A DNA stretch of 64,000 bases from Anthoceros angustus (taxonomy: Eukaryota > Plantae > Anthocerotophyta): positions 919,478 through 983,477 of the forward strand of contig MU008154.1 of assembly GCA_010909165.1 (NCBI GenBank), given 5' to 3'. Below, piece by piece: positions 54,004-63,693 of the stretch (positions are counted from its first letter, which is position 1; every line of letters starts with the position of its first letter). The notes under the pieces were generated by a model that was given only the letters and a program-made list of their open reading frames with translations, made no database searches and was not told where the DNA came from. The translations under genes and the position numbers were made by a program.

Positions 54004-57000
54004 GTCACCCAATCTATATCCAAGCTATCTTTGGGATCTCATGCAACTTCTAATTGCAATTAAGCAGCATGCATGCAACCTCATCTCAACATGCGAATAT
54101 AATAATATTTGAAGCGACTGAATATTCAAGCCTCTTTTGGTAGAATCGGAGTCGCTTCAAAAAATTGCACAATAACTAAATTACAATTTTAGGCAATTTT
54201 ACATGAGGCAATGGGTATAGAGATCTAGAATTTTCTAGGTAGCTAGCAATTTAAGATCCATTGCAATGTATACATTTGGTCCAAGTTTGCATAACTATGT
54301 AACGCGGACCGAGTTTGAACTAAGTACCTGCTACTACTTGGAATCGATCGCGACCGGGTGAGACGATGAGAGCGGTCAGATGTCAACGTTTAGCTATTGT
54401 TTGGTTGCCGAACTTTATAACACACATCCATCCCTTGATTAGTTCTTGCCCAAACTTCATATGCATAAGAAACGCCAACCTTTACGGACCCCTAAAGCCT
54501 AAGCCCCTGACCATCACGGTGATGATGACGCGTTGCGTGATATTTTTCACAGCACCTCAAAGTGATCCCCAAAGAACAAGGAACTTTTGCACGTACACAT
54601 TAGGATGATTGATTAGTGGCAAAAGGGCTTTATGAACAAATGATTTTGGAGGGTTCGACATCCAAGGAGAGTTCTCCTGATGGGGACTATATATATGGAG
54701 GGCATTCATTTTCGTAGTAGATTGTGGAACCAAACCAAGTGCCGCTCAACATATGTACTCGTCGAAAAGTACCACCAAGCTAAAAACTTCTTGAAAGACG
54801 TACAACGTTGAAGATAAAAAGCCCTAACAAAACTAGTAGCTGTTGTACGGGCATTCATGAATCCTCATCTCTGCAAGGAGGAGCTCAAAAGGAAGAGGGA
54901 AGTTGAGACAACACGCATCCATAGCGCAACGGGTGACGGGGAGCGTCCACGAAAGGTGTACGTAACCTAACTCGAAAGTATCAGGCGAATCAATCCTCGC
55001 ACATGTGGATGAAGCAACGAGTGCCGCAAGGAAGCATTGTATCATGAGATGATGGCAAGTGGTGCCAAGATCAAAAAAGCCAAAAGAACTTCAAGCTCGT
55101 GTAGCGCGAGAGCAAGCTTAAGGCGAGGCGCCGAGCTGTGCGATACAACGTTTGTGAAAGTAAATTGAATAAGTGGAGTCTGCAACAGTGTAACGGTTTG
55201 GAGATCAGCAACCTGGACATAAATGTCCAGAATGAGAGTACGCTTAGCAATAGCAAATTCGATCGCCAGTGAAAGACTGAGCATCGGGCCAAAAGAATCG
55301 CCCTGTCCCTAGGCATCCGTTGCTCTTCAACACTTGTTGGTGAAGACGGAGCCTCATCCTCAAAGGGAGTACCACTGGTCGTACTCGCTGAAAGCATCTT
55401 TCAGGGTCAGAGCCCAACAATGTTTCAGGGTAGCCAATAAATCCAGGTGAAGGATCATTTCATCCCAGTCCGTTCACCAACGGCGCATCTAAGACACGTG
55501 CGCGTGCACAGAAGTTAAATCCTGTGTCAGGATGCATGTAGTCCATCCTGCAAGCGGTATCAAATCTGGAGCTCGGGGACTGTGAATGCAGCAATGTTAC
55601 CTTGTCTCTGCTGCCCACAGGACCTCTTTTGTTGCATTTGACTGTTGTGATGCCGGCCCACTCCAGCGCTGGTGCAGGAGGTCATGGTGCTTCCTGCGTG
55701 CAAACGCCTTGGAAGCGAATTAGTCGTGTCTCTGAGAGAAAATGATCTCGCCTGTCTGGAAGAGACTTGGCCGAGGCCAGCCAACAAGAGCAGCAGCCAG
55801 ACGATGGGATAGGGGACCGTGTCCCGCTCAATGAGCCGTCCATGACGTAGTTCTGTTGAAGCTGCAGGCTCTTGCAGCCCCTTCCACCCCTTCAGCGGCT
55901 GGAAGTTCGCCCTGAACAGGATGCTTCGGCTGCCGGTTTCCGAAGCTAGCCTGAGAACACGCAATGGTGGAATTGCTTGGAGCATCGTATGGGTGCTGCT
56001 GCCCCAGAGCTGGGAGCGCAATTTCAGACTCGCGTGCCCACACCAGAAGCCTGTCCTGGGATACATCCTTTTAGCAAGTTGGTGGCGCTCGGGGACTGTG
56101 AGGGCCCTGCAACGTTACCTGTCTCTCCTGCCCACAGCACCCTTCTCTGCTGCATTTGCCGGCCTTGCCCAGCCATCCAGCAGACCACCTGGAGTGGGAG
56201 ATGCTGTTAGAGGAGCTCCGATTCCGAAGGCTGCTTCCGATTCTCAGCTTGGGATTCTAAACTGCAGGAATGGAGATTTCTCAACAAAACAAGGAACACG
56301 TTGCGAGAACGACAAACCCTAAACCCATGTCTGGCTCCTTGTATTCCCTTTGGCGGCCTGGTACCATCTTGTTGCTCACTGCCAGTTCGTTGATTCACAA
56401 CGGGTAAATTTGACTAGCTTTGCTCTCCCCCTTCCAAATATCAGGTTGATGTCGAATGTGACTGGAGGATCATGACCCTGCTTCTGGAACCCGGAAAGTG
56501 TGTATACAATGCTGATGCTCCTGAGGAGGAACGGTCTGTGTTGAAGAAACGCGTCCCACAGGCATTCTCATGCATGTAAGAGTAAGGATAAGGTGGCTGT
56601 AACAGGCATCCACTACCAGTTTCACTTACTTTGTCTCCTAATACAAATGGCTCGCCCGCTACATACAGATTGCAGAGGGCATGTTCCTGCACATGGGCAT
56701 CACCAGTCTGGCTGGGAACCGGTTTGCAGAGAGGAGATCAAGCCCTGATCACCTGAGCTGCAGCCATATCCCTTGTCGATTTATTGCCCTAATTCCCTTC
56801 CTCGATGCAGTTTGAAGCTCTGGTTCTGCGATTCAGAGCTGTACCCTCACCGAATCGTTCCTAGGAAAGTTCTCGAATTCTCTGCTTTGCAGCTGGCATG
56901 CATGCGTGCCAATGTGGTTCACCAACAGGATTCCGACTAACCGCCGGTTAGTGCTGGTTAGCCGGACACTCACTTGCACTCATTTCCAGTTTTGCGAAAA

Positions 57001-57339
57001 AGCCGTTGGCAATGGATCCTCACCCGGATACTTCTTTTTGATAAATTTCCTTCTCATACCCGACATGTGCATAGTATATAATATAGTAGTTTATATCATT
57101 TTCATCATTTATCTTTACCTTGAATCTTAGTAGTGAACTTCACTTATTAGGGAAGATTGAAGTTGAAATCATATTCATCAATATTTAGATTGATTATAAT
57201 TGAATTTAATATTGATCTAAAAATTAAATCTAAATATTTAAAAGAGTTTTTATAAGGTTTTATTTTTCTACTTTGACCATAAATCTTGCTAACAAGGGAC
57301 AACAATCAAGTTTCTCGGTGGACACATTTTGAACCTCCA

Positions 57340-57798
57340 ATGACTAATTGCAAAAACAAATTAATCTGTTATGTCAAGTTACTTGTACACATGCCAATTC
57401 TTGTTGTGTTAGCACAACCTAATCCAGATACCGACGAACTTAGTTATCAATGTGGACCAATGTTTGGGTTAGCCGATCCATTTCAATTGATGCTAAAGCC
57501 ATGCATGGACCATCTTGTAGGGAATGGAGCGACAAGTTTTCCTCTTAGACATCCATTTTATTATGATTTAAAACTTTATGAAGAGATCCGCATATTATGG
57601 AGTGGTGTTATATGTTATTTAAAGCCGCCTACTATGGTAGGTATGTTACAATGTCTAGCATGTTTAGAAACCATCCGTGATAGATTGTATGAATATTGCC
57701 CACGAGCACGTTCTGCAGAGTATCATGCAGTAGATTGTTCTCTTAAATATAGTTTTGATGCACCAATATTTATGAGTCCAACCGGGTGGGCTAAATAG
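57340..57798 (+). CDS. Secreted single-domain Gnk2/DUF26-like cysteine-rich protein, 152 aa
   Basis: ATG at 57340. Hydrophobic N-terminus (..KLLVHMPILVVLA|QPNPDT). C-terminal CLACLETIRDRLYEYCPRARSAEYHAVDCSLKYS aligns with ginkbilobin-2 [34 protein letters not shown]. Intronless. Confidence 0.8.
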   Translation: MTNCKNKLICYVKLLVHMPILVVLAQPNPDTDELSYQCGPMFGLADPFQLMLKPCMDHLVGNGATSFPLRHPFYYDLKLYEEIRILWSGVICYLKPPTMVGMLQCLACLETIRDRLYEYCPRARSAEYHAVDCSLKYSFDAPIFMSPTGWAK

Positions 57799-59728
57799 AC
57801 TCAATATATGTTTTCAAAGTTGAGGGTCATAGAAACTAAATTTCGTGAGATATTAATGCATTGGAGGTTTATTCGAACATTAGCACAGCGTTGAGTATAT
57901 TTTCTAGATGTTTGAACTAAGTACCTCCTGGGCACTACTTGGAATCGATCGATCGGGTGAGACGAGAGCGGCAGATGTCAACGTTTCTAGCTATTGGTCT
58001 GGTGCCGAACTTTATAACACACATCCATCCCTTGATTAGTTCTTGCCCAAACTTCATATGCGTACTAAGAAACGTCAACCTTTACGGACCCCTAAAGCCT
58101 AAGCCCTGTACCATCCGATGATGACGTGCGTTGGCCGCGTGATATTTTCACAGCACCCTCGAAAGTGATCCCCAAAGAACAAGGAACTTTTGCACGTACA
58201 TTAGGATGATTGATTAGTGGCAAAAGGGCTTTATGAACAAATGATTTGGAGGGTTCGACATCCAAGGAGAGTTCTCCGATGGGGACTATATATATGGAGG
58301 GCATTCATTTTCGTAGATTGTGGAACCAAACCAAGTGCCGCTCAACATCGAAAAGTACTACCACCACCAAAGCTAAAAACTTCTTGTCGTATAAGCATCA
58401 AACATGATACATGGACTATATTCCTCAGTTTTACTTTAAATTATGTATTTCATAAATATAATAAAGATTTTCTCTTCAGAATACAGAAAATGAATAAGTT
58501 ATATTGTAGAATAAAAATTAAATAAACTTAAAAAAAAATCAAATTTAAATCTAAAATGTAAAAAATCTAAGATCATAAAATAGAGTAGATGATAAGCTTT
58601 ATAATTCATAGATTTTAAGAGCTGTCAACTTTGGTTATAAAATATTCACAAGTGTCTGGATAATAAAATATAAAACTTTCAACACATATGGAGCAATATC
58701 TCGTTAGATATTCATACGGTTAGCTGATTTTTCGGTGGCCGAGGCATTTGGGAAACGTAAGGCCACAAAAGCAAGTCCCCAGTTCGTTGATTCACAACGG
58801 TAAATTTGACTAGCTTTGCTCTCCCTTCCAAATATCAGGTTGATGTCGAATGTGACTGGAGGATCATGACCCTGCTTCTGGAACCCGGAAAGTGTGTATA
58901 CAATGCTGATGCTCCTGAGGAGGAACGGTCTGTGTTGAAGAAACGCGTCCCACAGGCATTCTCATGCATGTAAGAGTAAGGATAAGGTGGCTGTAACAGG
59001 CATCCACTACCAGTTTCACTTACTTTGTCTCCTAATACAAATGGCTCGCCCGCTACATACAGATCGCAGATGGCATGTTCCTGCACATGGGCATCACCAG
59101 TCTGGCTGGGAACCGGTTTGCAGAGAGGAGATCAAGCCCTGATCACCTGAGCTGCAGCCATATCCCTTGTCGATTTATTGCCCTAATTCCTTCCTCGATG
59201 CAGTTTGAAGCTCTGGTTCTGCGATTCAGAGCTGTACCTCACCGAATCGTTCCTAGGAAAGTTCTCGAATTCTCTGCTTTGCAGCTGGCATGCATGCGTG
59301 CCAATGTGGTTCACCAACAGGATTCCGACTAACCGCCGGTTAGTGCTGGTTAGCCGGACACTCACTTGCACTCATTTCCAGTTTTGCGAAAAGCCGTTGG
59401 CAATGGATCCTCACCCGGATACTTCTTTTGATAAATTTCCTTCTCATACCCGACATGTGCATAGTATATAATATAGTAGTTTATATCATTTTCATCATTT
59501 ATCTTTACCTTGAATCTTAGTAGTGAACTTCACTTATTAGGAAGATTGAAGTTGAAATCATATTCATCAATATTTAGATTGATTATAATTGAATTTAATA
59601 TTGATCTAAAAATTAAATCTAAATATTTAAAAGAGTTTTTATAAGGTTTTATTTTTCTACTTTGACCATAAATCTTGCTAACAAGGGACAACAATCAAGT
59701 TTCTCGGTGGACACATTTTGAACCTCCA

Positions 59729-60184
59729 ATGACTAATTGCAAAAACAAATTAATCTGTTATGTCAAGTTACTTGTACACATGCCAATTCTTGTTGTGTTA
59801 GCACAACCTAATCCAGATACCGACGAACTTAGTTATCAATGTGGACCAATGTTTGGGTTAGCCGATCCATTTCAATTGATGCTAAAGCCATGCATGGACC
59901 ATCTTGTAGGGAATGGAGCGACAAGTTTTCCTCTTAGACATCCATTTTATTATGATTTAAAACTTTATGAAGAGATCCGCATATTATGGAGTGGTGTTAT
60001 ATGTTATTTAAAGCCGCCTACTATGGTAGGTATGTTACAATGTCTAGCATGTTTAGAAACCATCCGTGATAGATTGTATGAATATTGCCCAGCACGCTCG
60101 CAGTAGTATCATGCAGTAGATTGTTCTCTTAAATATAGTTTTGATGCACCAATATTTATGAGTCCAACCGGGTGGGCTAAATAG
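59729..60184 (+). pseudogene. Second copy of the Gnk2-like gene, frameshifted near the 3' end (probably a sequencing error)
   Basis: Identical to 57340-57798 except cccagcacgctcgcagtag versus cccacgagcacgttctgcagag near 60090, which gives an early stop at 60106. Confidence 0.72.
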
Positions 60185-60787
60185 ACTCAATATATGTTTT
60201 CAAAGTTGAGGGTCATAGAAACTAAATTTCGTGAGATATTAATGCATTGGAGGTTTATTCGAACATTAGCACAGCGTTGAGTATATTTTCTAGATGTTTG
60301 AACTTCTTGTCGTATAAGCATCAAACATGATACATGGACTATATTCCTCAGTTTTTACTTTAAATTATGTATTTCATAAATATAATAAAGATTTTCTCTT
60401 CAGAATACAGAAAATGAATAAGTTATATTGTAGAATAAAAATTAAATAAACTTAAAAAAAATCAAATTTAAATCTAAAAATGTAAAAAAATCTAAGATCA
60501 TAAAATAGAGTAGATGATAAGCTTTATAATTCATAGATTTTAAGAGCTGTCAACTTTGGTTATAAAATATTCACAAGTGTCTGGATAATAAAAATATAAA
60601 ACTTTCAACACATATGGAGCAATATCTCGTTAGATATTCATACGGTTAGCCGATTTTTTCGGTGGCCGAGGCATTTGGGAAACGTAAGGCCACAAAAGCA
60701 AGTCCCCAAGGATCGAGCAAACGGGGTGGCTGTAACAAGGTCGATCACGTTGAGAGCAAGCGGGCAGGAAAAGGCAAGCTGGCGGAG

Positions 60788-61834
60788 ATGAGCTCGGCGC
60801 TGGGGCTCGGGAGTGGGTGCGGCCTGCGCATTGCGGGACAGGCGTCGTGCGGCATTCCCTCGTCCTCGGCACGGGGATTGTGCTGGCTGCCGCGGCGGGG
60901 CCAGGGAGTGCGGGTGCGATGGCAGGGCCGGAGGGCCAGGGTTGCGGTGGTGCGCGCGGAGCAGCCTCAGCAGCAGCAGCAGCAGCAGGAGCAGGAGCAG
61001 GAGCTGAAGGTAGGGGAGGAGGAGGTAGTGGATTCCAAAATTCTGCAGTACTGCAGCATTGACAGGAAGAAGGACAAGCGAACGGTAGGCGAGCTGGAGA
61101 CGGACTTCCTGGAGGCGCTGCAGGGCTTCTACTATGACGGCAAGCCGACCATGAGCAATGAGGAGTTCGACAATTTGAAGCAGGAGCTGCTGTGGGAGGG
61201 AAGCGATGTGGTGATCCTGAGCTCGGATGAGCAGAAGTTCATGGAGGCCTCGTTGGCGTACAGAGCAGGCCACCCGATCCTCACGGACGCGGAATTCGAT
61301 GAGCTCAAGCTCCAGCTGAAGCGGGCCAACAGCAAGGTGGCTATCGAAGGACCTCGGTGCAGTTTGCGGAGCAGGAAGGTTGTGAGTGACTCCACTGTGG
61401 ATTATATCAAGATGACGCTGCTTAACCTCCCGGCCGCGGTGGTTGCTCTCACTTTGGTCTTCTTCTTGGACGACCTCACGGGGTTCGAGATCACCTACCT
61501 TCTGGAGCTGCCGGAGCCTTACAGCTTTATTGTCACATGGTTCGTGGTGCTCCCGGTTGTGTACTTGCTAGCGCAGGCATTCACAGGCCTCATTCTGAAG
61601 AATCCGCTGATATTGAAGGGGCCGTGCCCGGAGTGCGGTGCGGACAACACTACCTTCTTTGGAGAGATACTGACAGTCTCCAGCGGGGGAAGCCAGAACA
61701 CACTCTCTTGTGAGAGCTGCAAAAAAAACCTCATATTTGACAAGGAGTCCCGGCTGATAACCGTGGATGATACTCCTCCTAAGCCTAAGGGCAAAGCTCC
61801 CGTGAAGAAAGGCGCATCTGCAGCTTCAACATGA
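60788..61834 (+). CDS. PGRL1: PGR5-like protein 1 (thylakoid cyclic electron flow component), 348 aa with transit peptide, intronless
   Basis: Continuous colinear match to PGRL1: YCSID..GELETDFLEALQGFYYDGK..MSNEEFDNLKQELLWEGS..EGPRCSLRS..FFLDDLTGFEITYLLELPEPYSF..LILKGPCPECG..CESC..SRLIT. All six conserved Cys and two TM segments are present. The first ATG (60788) is followed by a Ser/Arg/Gly-rich transit-peptide-like region. Confidence 0.96.
   Translation: MSSALGLGSGCGLRIAGQASCGIPSSSARGLCWLPRRGQGVRVRWQGRRARVAVVRAEQPQQQQQQQEQEQELKVGEEEVVDSKILQYCSIDRKKDKRTVGELETDFLEALQGFYYDGKPTMSNEEFDNLKQELLWEGSDVVILSSDEQKFMEASLAYRAGHPILTDAEFDELKLQLKRANSKVAIEGPRCSLRSRKVVSDSTVDYIKMTLLNLPAAVVALTLVFFLDDLTGFEITYLLELPEPYSFIVTWFVVLPVVYLLAQAFTGLILKNPLILKGPCPECGADNTTFFGEILTVSSGGSQNTLSCESCKKNLIFDKESRLITVDDTPPKPKGKAPVKKGASAAST
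60961..61005 (+). repeat. (CAG)n/(CAGGAG)n microsatellite encoding QQQQQQQEQEQE
   Basis: gcagcctcagcagcagcagcagcagcaggagcaggagcaggagctg, between the transit peptide and the conserved domain. Confidence 0.9.
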
Positions 61835-62716
61835 GGTGATCCATGACATTGTTGATTTCAGCTGAACATGCTTGGCCTTTTGTGCTGAGCATGATCATCC
61901 TGCCTGTGTACCAACTGCTGAAGTAGTTTTCTGTTATCACAGGTCTGGTATATGGTCACAACAGCATGCCTTGCCCCTGGCACATTATGTGCACCTCGAC
62001 GATAGGCTTCGTCTGGTAAATGTTGTGATGCTGAACTAACTGATGCTTTTGAAGTGTACAAGTACTGACCTGTATCTGTCCATATGCTCTGCAACTGAGC
62101 TGGATTTCAGCTCCTGAATCGTCCCCACTGCTAGCCCAGAATACATGTGCGGATTCAAAAACCGGTTTTTCAATCTTCCATTCTGAGAACACAACTGCGG
62201 GAGTGCATTTCCCTGACCTCCATCCTTTACTCTTCTAGGAAGGAACTGGTTCACCTCTGGGTGCCTCCGCGGATTCGTTTGGAACACCCGACCGTGGCTG
62301 GTATTGCTAGTGTAGTAGGCGATTGCTGCTTGCGGACCGCTATCCGCGAAAGGTCGTCATGGCAGGCTGCCATTGTGAACCCACATTGCTTGTGTTTCAC
62401 ATTACAGGTCTCGACATATGCTAGGATTTCAGTTCCCTGGTAGCGCACAATCCAGGATTTAACGTCGCCGATGTCTATCGACCAACGACAATGATTTAGT
62501 TTTCCCCACTGTTACACAGGAATATAGAAGTCAGCTCTACGTCCCTAACTCTTCGTAGGAATACATTTCTCATGAATTTGAAGAACGTCTCCACTGAAAA
62601 TAAAGAGTTAAAAAACTTATCGCATAAAATTTAATATTTTAATTCGATAAAAACTATTTTACTAAAATAAATTATTGATAAAATATTTTACAAGAGAATC
62701 ATTTGATATTTTTTAT

Positions 62717-63157
62717 TCAGTTGCGAACGGAAGGAACAACTACAGCTTGATCATAGCTATAAGCAAGATAACAATCTACTACATGCACTTTTCCTGAACG
62801 AGCACGTGAACAACTTTGTAGAACTTTTTCACGAAGATATGTTAAACAAGAAAGGCATTGTCGTTCTTCTGCCATAGTTGTCTCCGATTTGAAACAAGAA
62901 ACACCACTAGTAAAACTGATAAACTCTATGTCATTATAATACGGGAATCGATCTGGAAAATGAGTTGATCCCTCATTGACAAGATTATTCAAAGAGCTTT
63001 CAAGAAAGAATAAATATGTACTCCCTGAATCAAATTGAGCCCCACAAATTGGTGGCTCAACTTCTGTTGTATTCGGTGCCTTTTGTGCAAGTACAAAATT
63101 TCTGCATGCAAATGCCAAACATAATAATATGATGATGTGTTCTTTTCCTCGTTCCAT
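62717..63157 (-). CDS. Secreted single-domain Gnk2/DUF26-like protein, paralogue b, 146 aa
   Basis: ATG at 63157. Signal peptide-like IIILLCLAFACRNFVLA|QKAPNTT. CLSCLTYLREKVLQSCSRARSGKVHVVDCYLAYSY. Aligns end to end with 57340-57798. Intronless. Confidence 0.82.
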   Translation of the reverse strand: MERGKEHIIILLCLAFACRNFVLAQKAPNTTEVEPPICGAQFDSGSTYLFFLESSLNNLVNEGSTHFPDRFPYYNDIEFISFTSGVSCFKSETTMAEERQCLSCLTYLREKVLQSCSRARSGKVHVVDCYLAYSYDQAVVVPSVRN

Positions 63158-63504
63158 GTTTCCAGTGAATATATATATTGTAATATTTCTACACAAGAAA
63201 TCCAATAATATGAGTCTAACCTATTCATATATTAATATAAATATGTATTAGTATCAGTGCATAATGACCAGTTAGATTGCACCATAAGCTAATGTACAAG
63301 ATAAATGATTAGTTATGATTGGGTACTCAGCTTAAGATGTAATTTGAAACCATAGACGAAGTTACATAGCAAAAACATCTAACTTCAAATTCATATATTT
63401 CTAATGATACTTACCAAGAGAAGCAGATTCTAATGTGAAGCCAGGCATATGAAAAAATAGAACCCATCTACGTTTATAAGTGGACGATTAAAATGGTCAA
63501 CAAC

Positions 63505-63693
63505 TTAAAGAATCTTGTTGTTATTGCTTTTTAGAGAGAGAAAGAATAAATATGTACTCCCTGAATCAAATTGAGCCCCACAAATTGGTGGCTCAACTTC
63601 TGTTGTATTCGGTGCCTTTTGTGCAAGTACAAAATTTCTGCATGCAAATGCCAAACATAATAATATGATGATGTGTTCTTTTCCTCGTTCCAT
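63505..63693 (-). pseudogene. Truncated 5' copy of Gnk2-like paralogue b
   Basis: 63541-64000 repeats 63005-63464 (536-bp period). The ORF diverges after ..STYLFFL into SLKSNNNKIL*. Confidence 0.75.

Larger units (their letters stand above)
1..57229. repeat. Tandem macro-array of a composite 7.1-8.3 kb unit (1 partial + 5 full copies; continues left of the window)
   Basis: The same ordered modules recur. The unit junction tgatctaaaaattaaat|(g/a)ctatatgtcatgggc is seen at 8585, 16899, 31122, 43050 and 50158. At 57230 the same left flank instead continues ctaaatatttaaaag into unique sequence. Confidence 0.95.
50158..57229. repeat. Array unit 6 (7072 bp, lacks the A2-C block; terminal unit)
   Basis: Same layout as unit 5; its right end continues into unique flank. 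Confidence 0.9.
56382..60705. repeat. Direct duplication of the B 3' part, AT spacer, Gnk2a and the PGRL1 upstream region
   Basis: 56382-58781 is repeated at 58779-60705. The offset is 2389 bp upstream of the 466-bp insert and 1923 bp downstream of it. Confidence 0.88.

Noticed and set aside
62-57130. Most of the listed 60-290 aa ORFs in the array as genes
   Set aside because: They overlap in several frames, change between near-identical copies through indels, and lack recognisable domains. Only the MULE fragment and, tentatively, B and A1 are retained.
60621-60660. Hairpin aatatct-cgtt-agatatt just before the AT-to-GC transition as an element end
   Set aside because: The 7-bp AT-rich stem has no following CTRR and is plausible by chance.
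60726-60738. 13-nt match ggtggctgtaaca between the PGRL1 leader and segment B (~7949)
   Set aside because: An isolated match with no extension, not clearly beyond chance.
60662-60787. GTG-started 42-aa N-terminal extension of PGRL1
   Set aside because: It needs a non-ATG start in a eukaryote. The ATG at 60788 gives a normal transit peptide, so this is treated as 5' UTR.
60630-61794. Antisense and alternate-frame ORFs over PGRL1 (e.g. 60638-61273)
   Set aside because: These are shadow ORFs of GC-rich coding sequence.
61858-62448. Small ORFs downstream of PGRL1
   Set aside because: No recognisable motif and conflicting frames; more simply a 3' UTR or an unassignable fragment.
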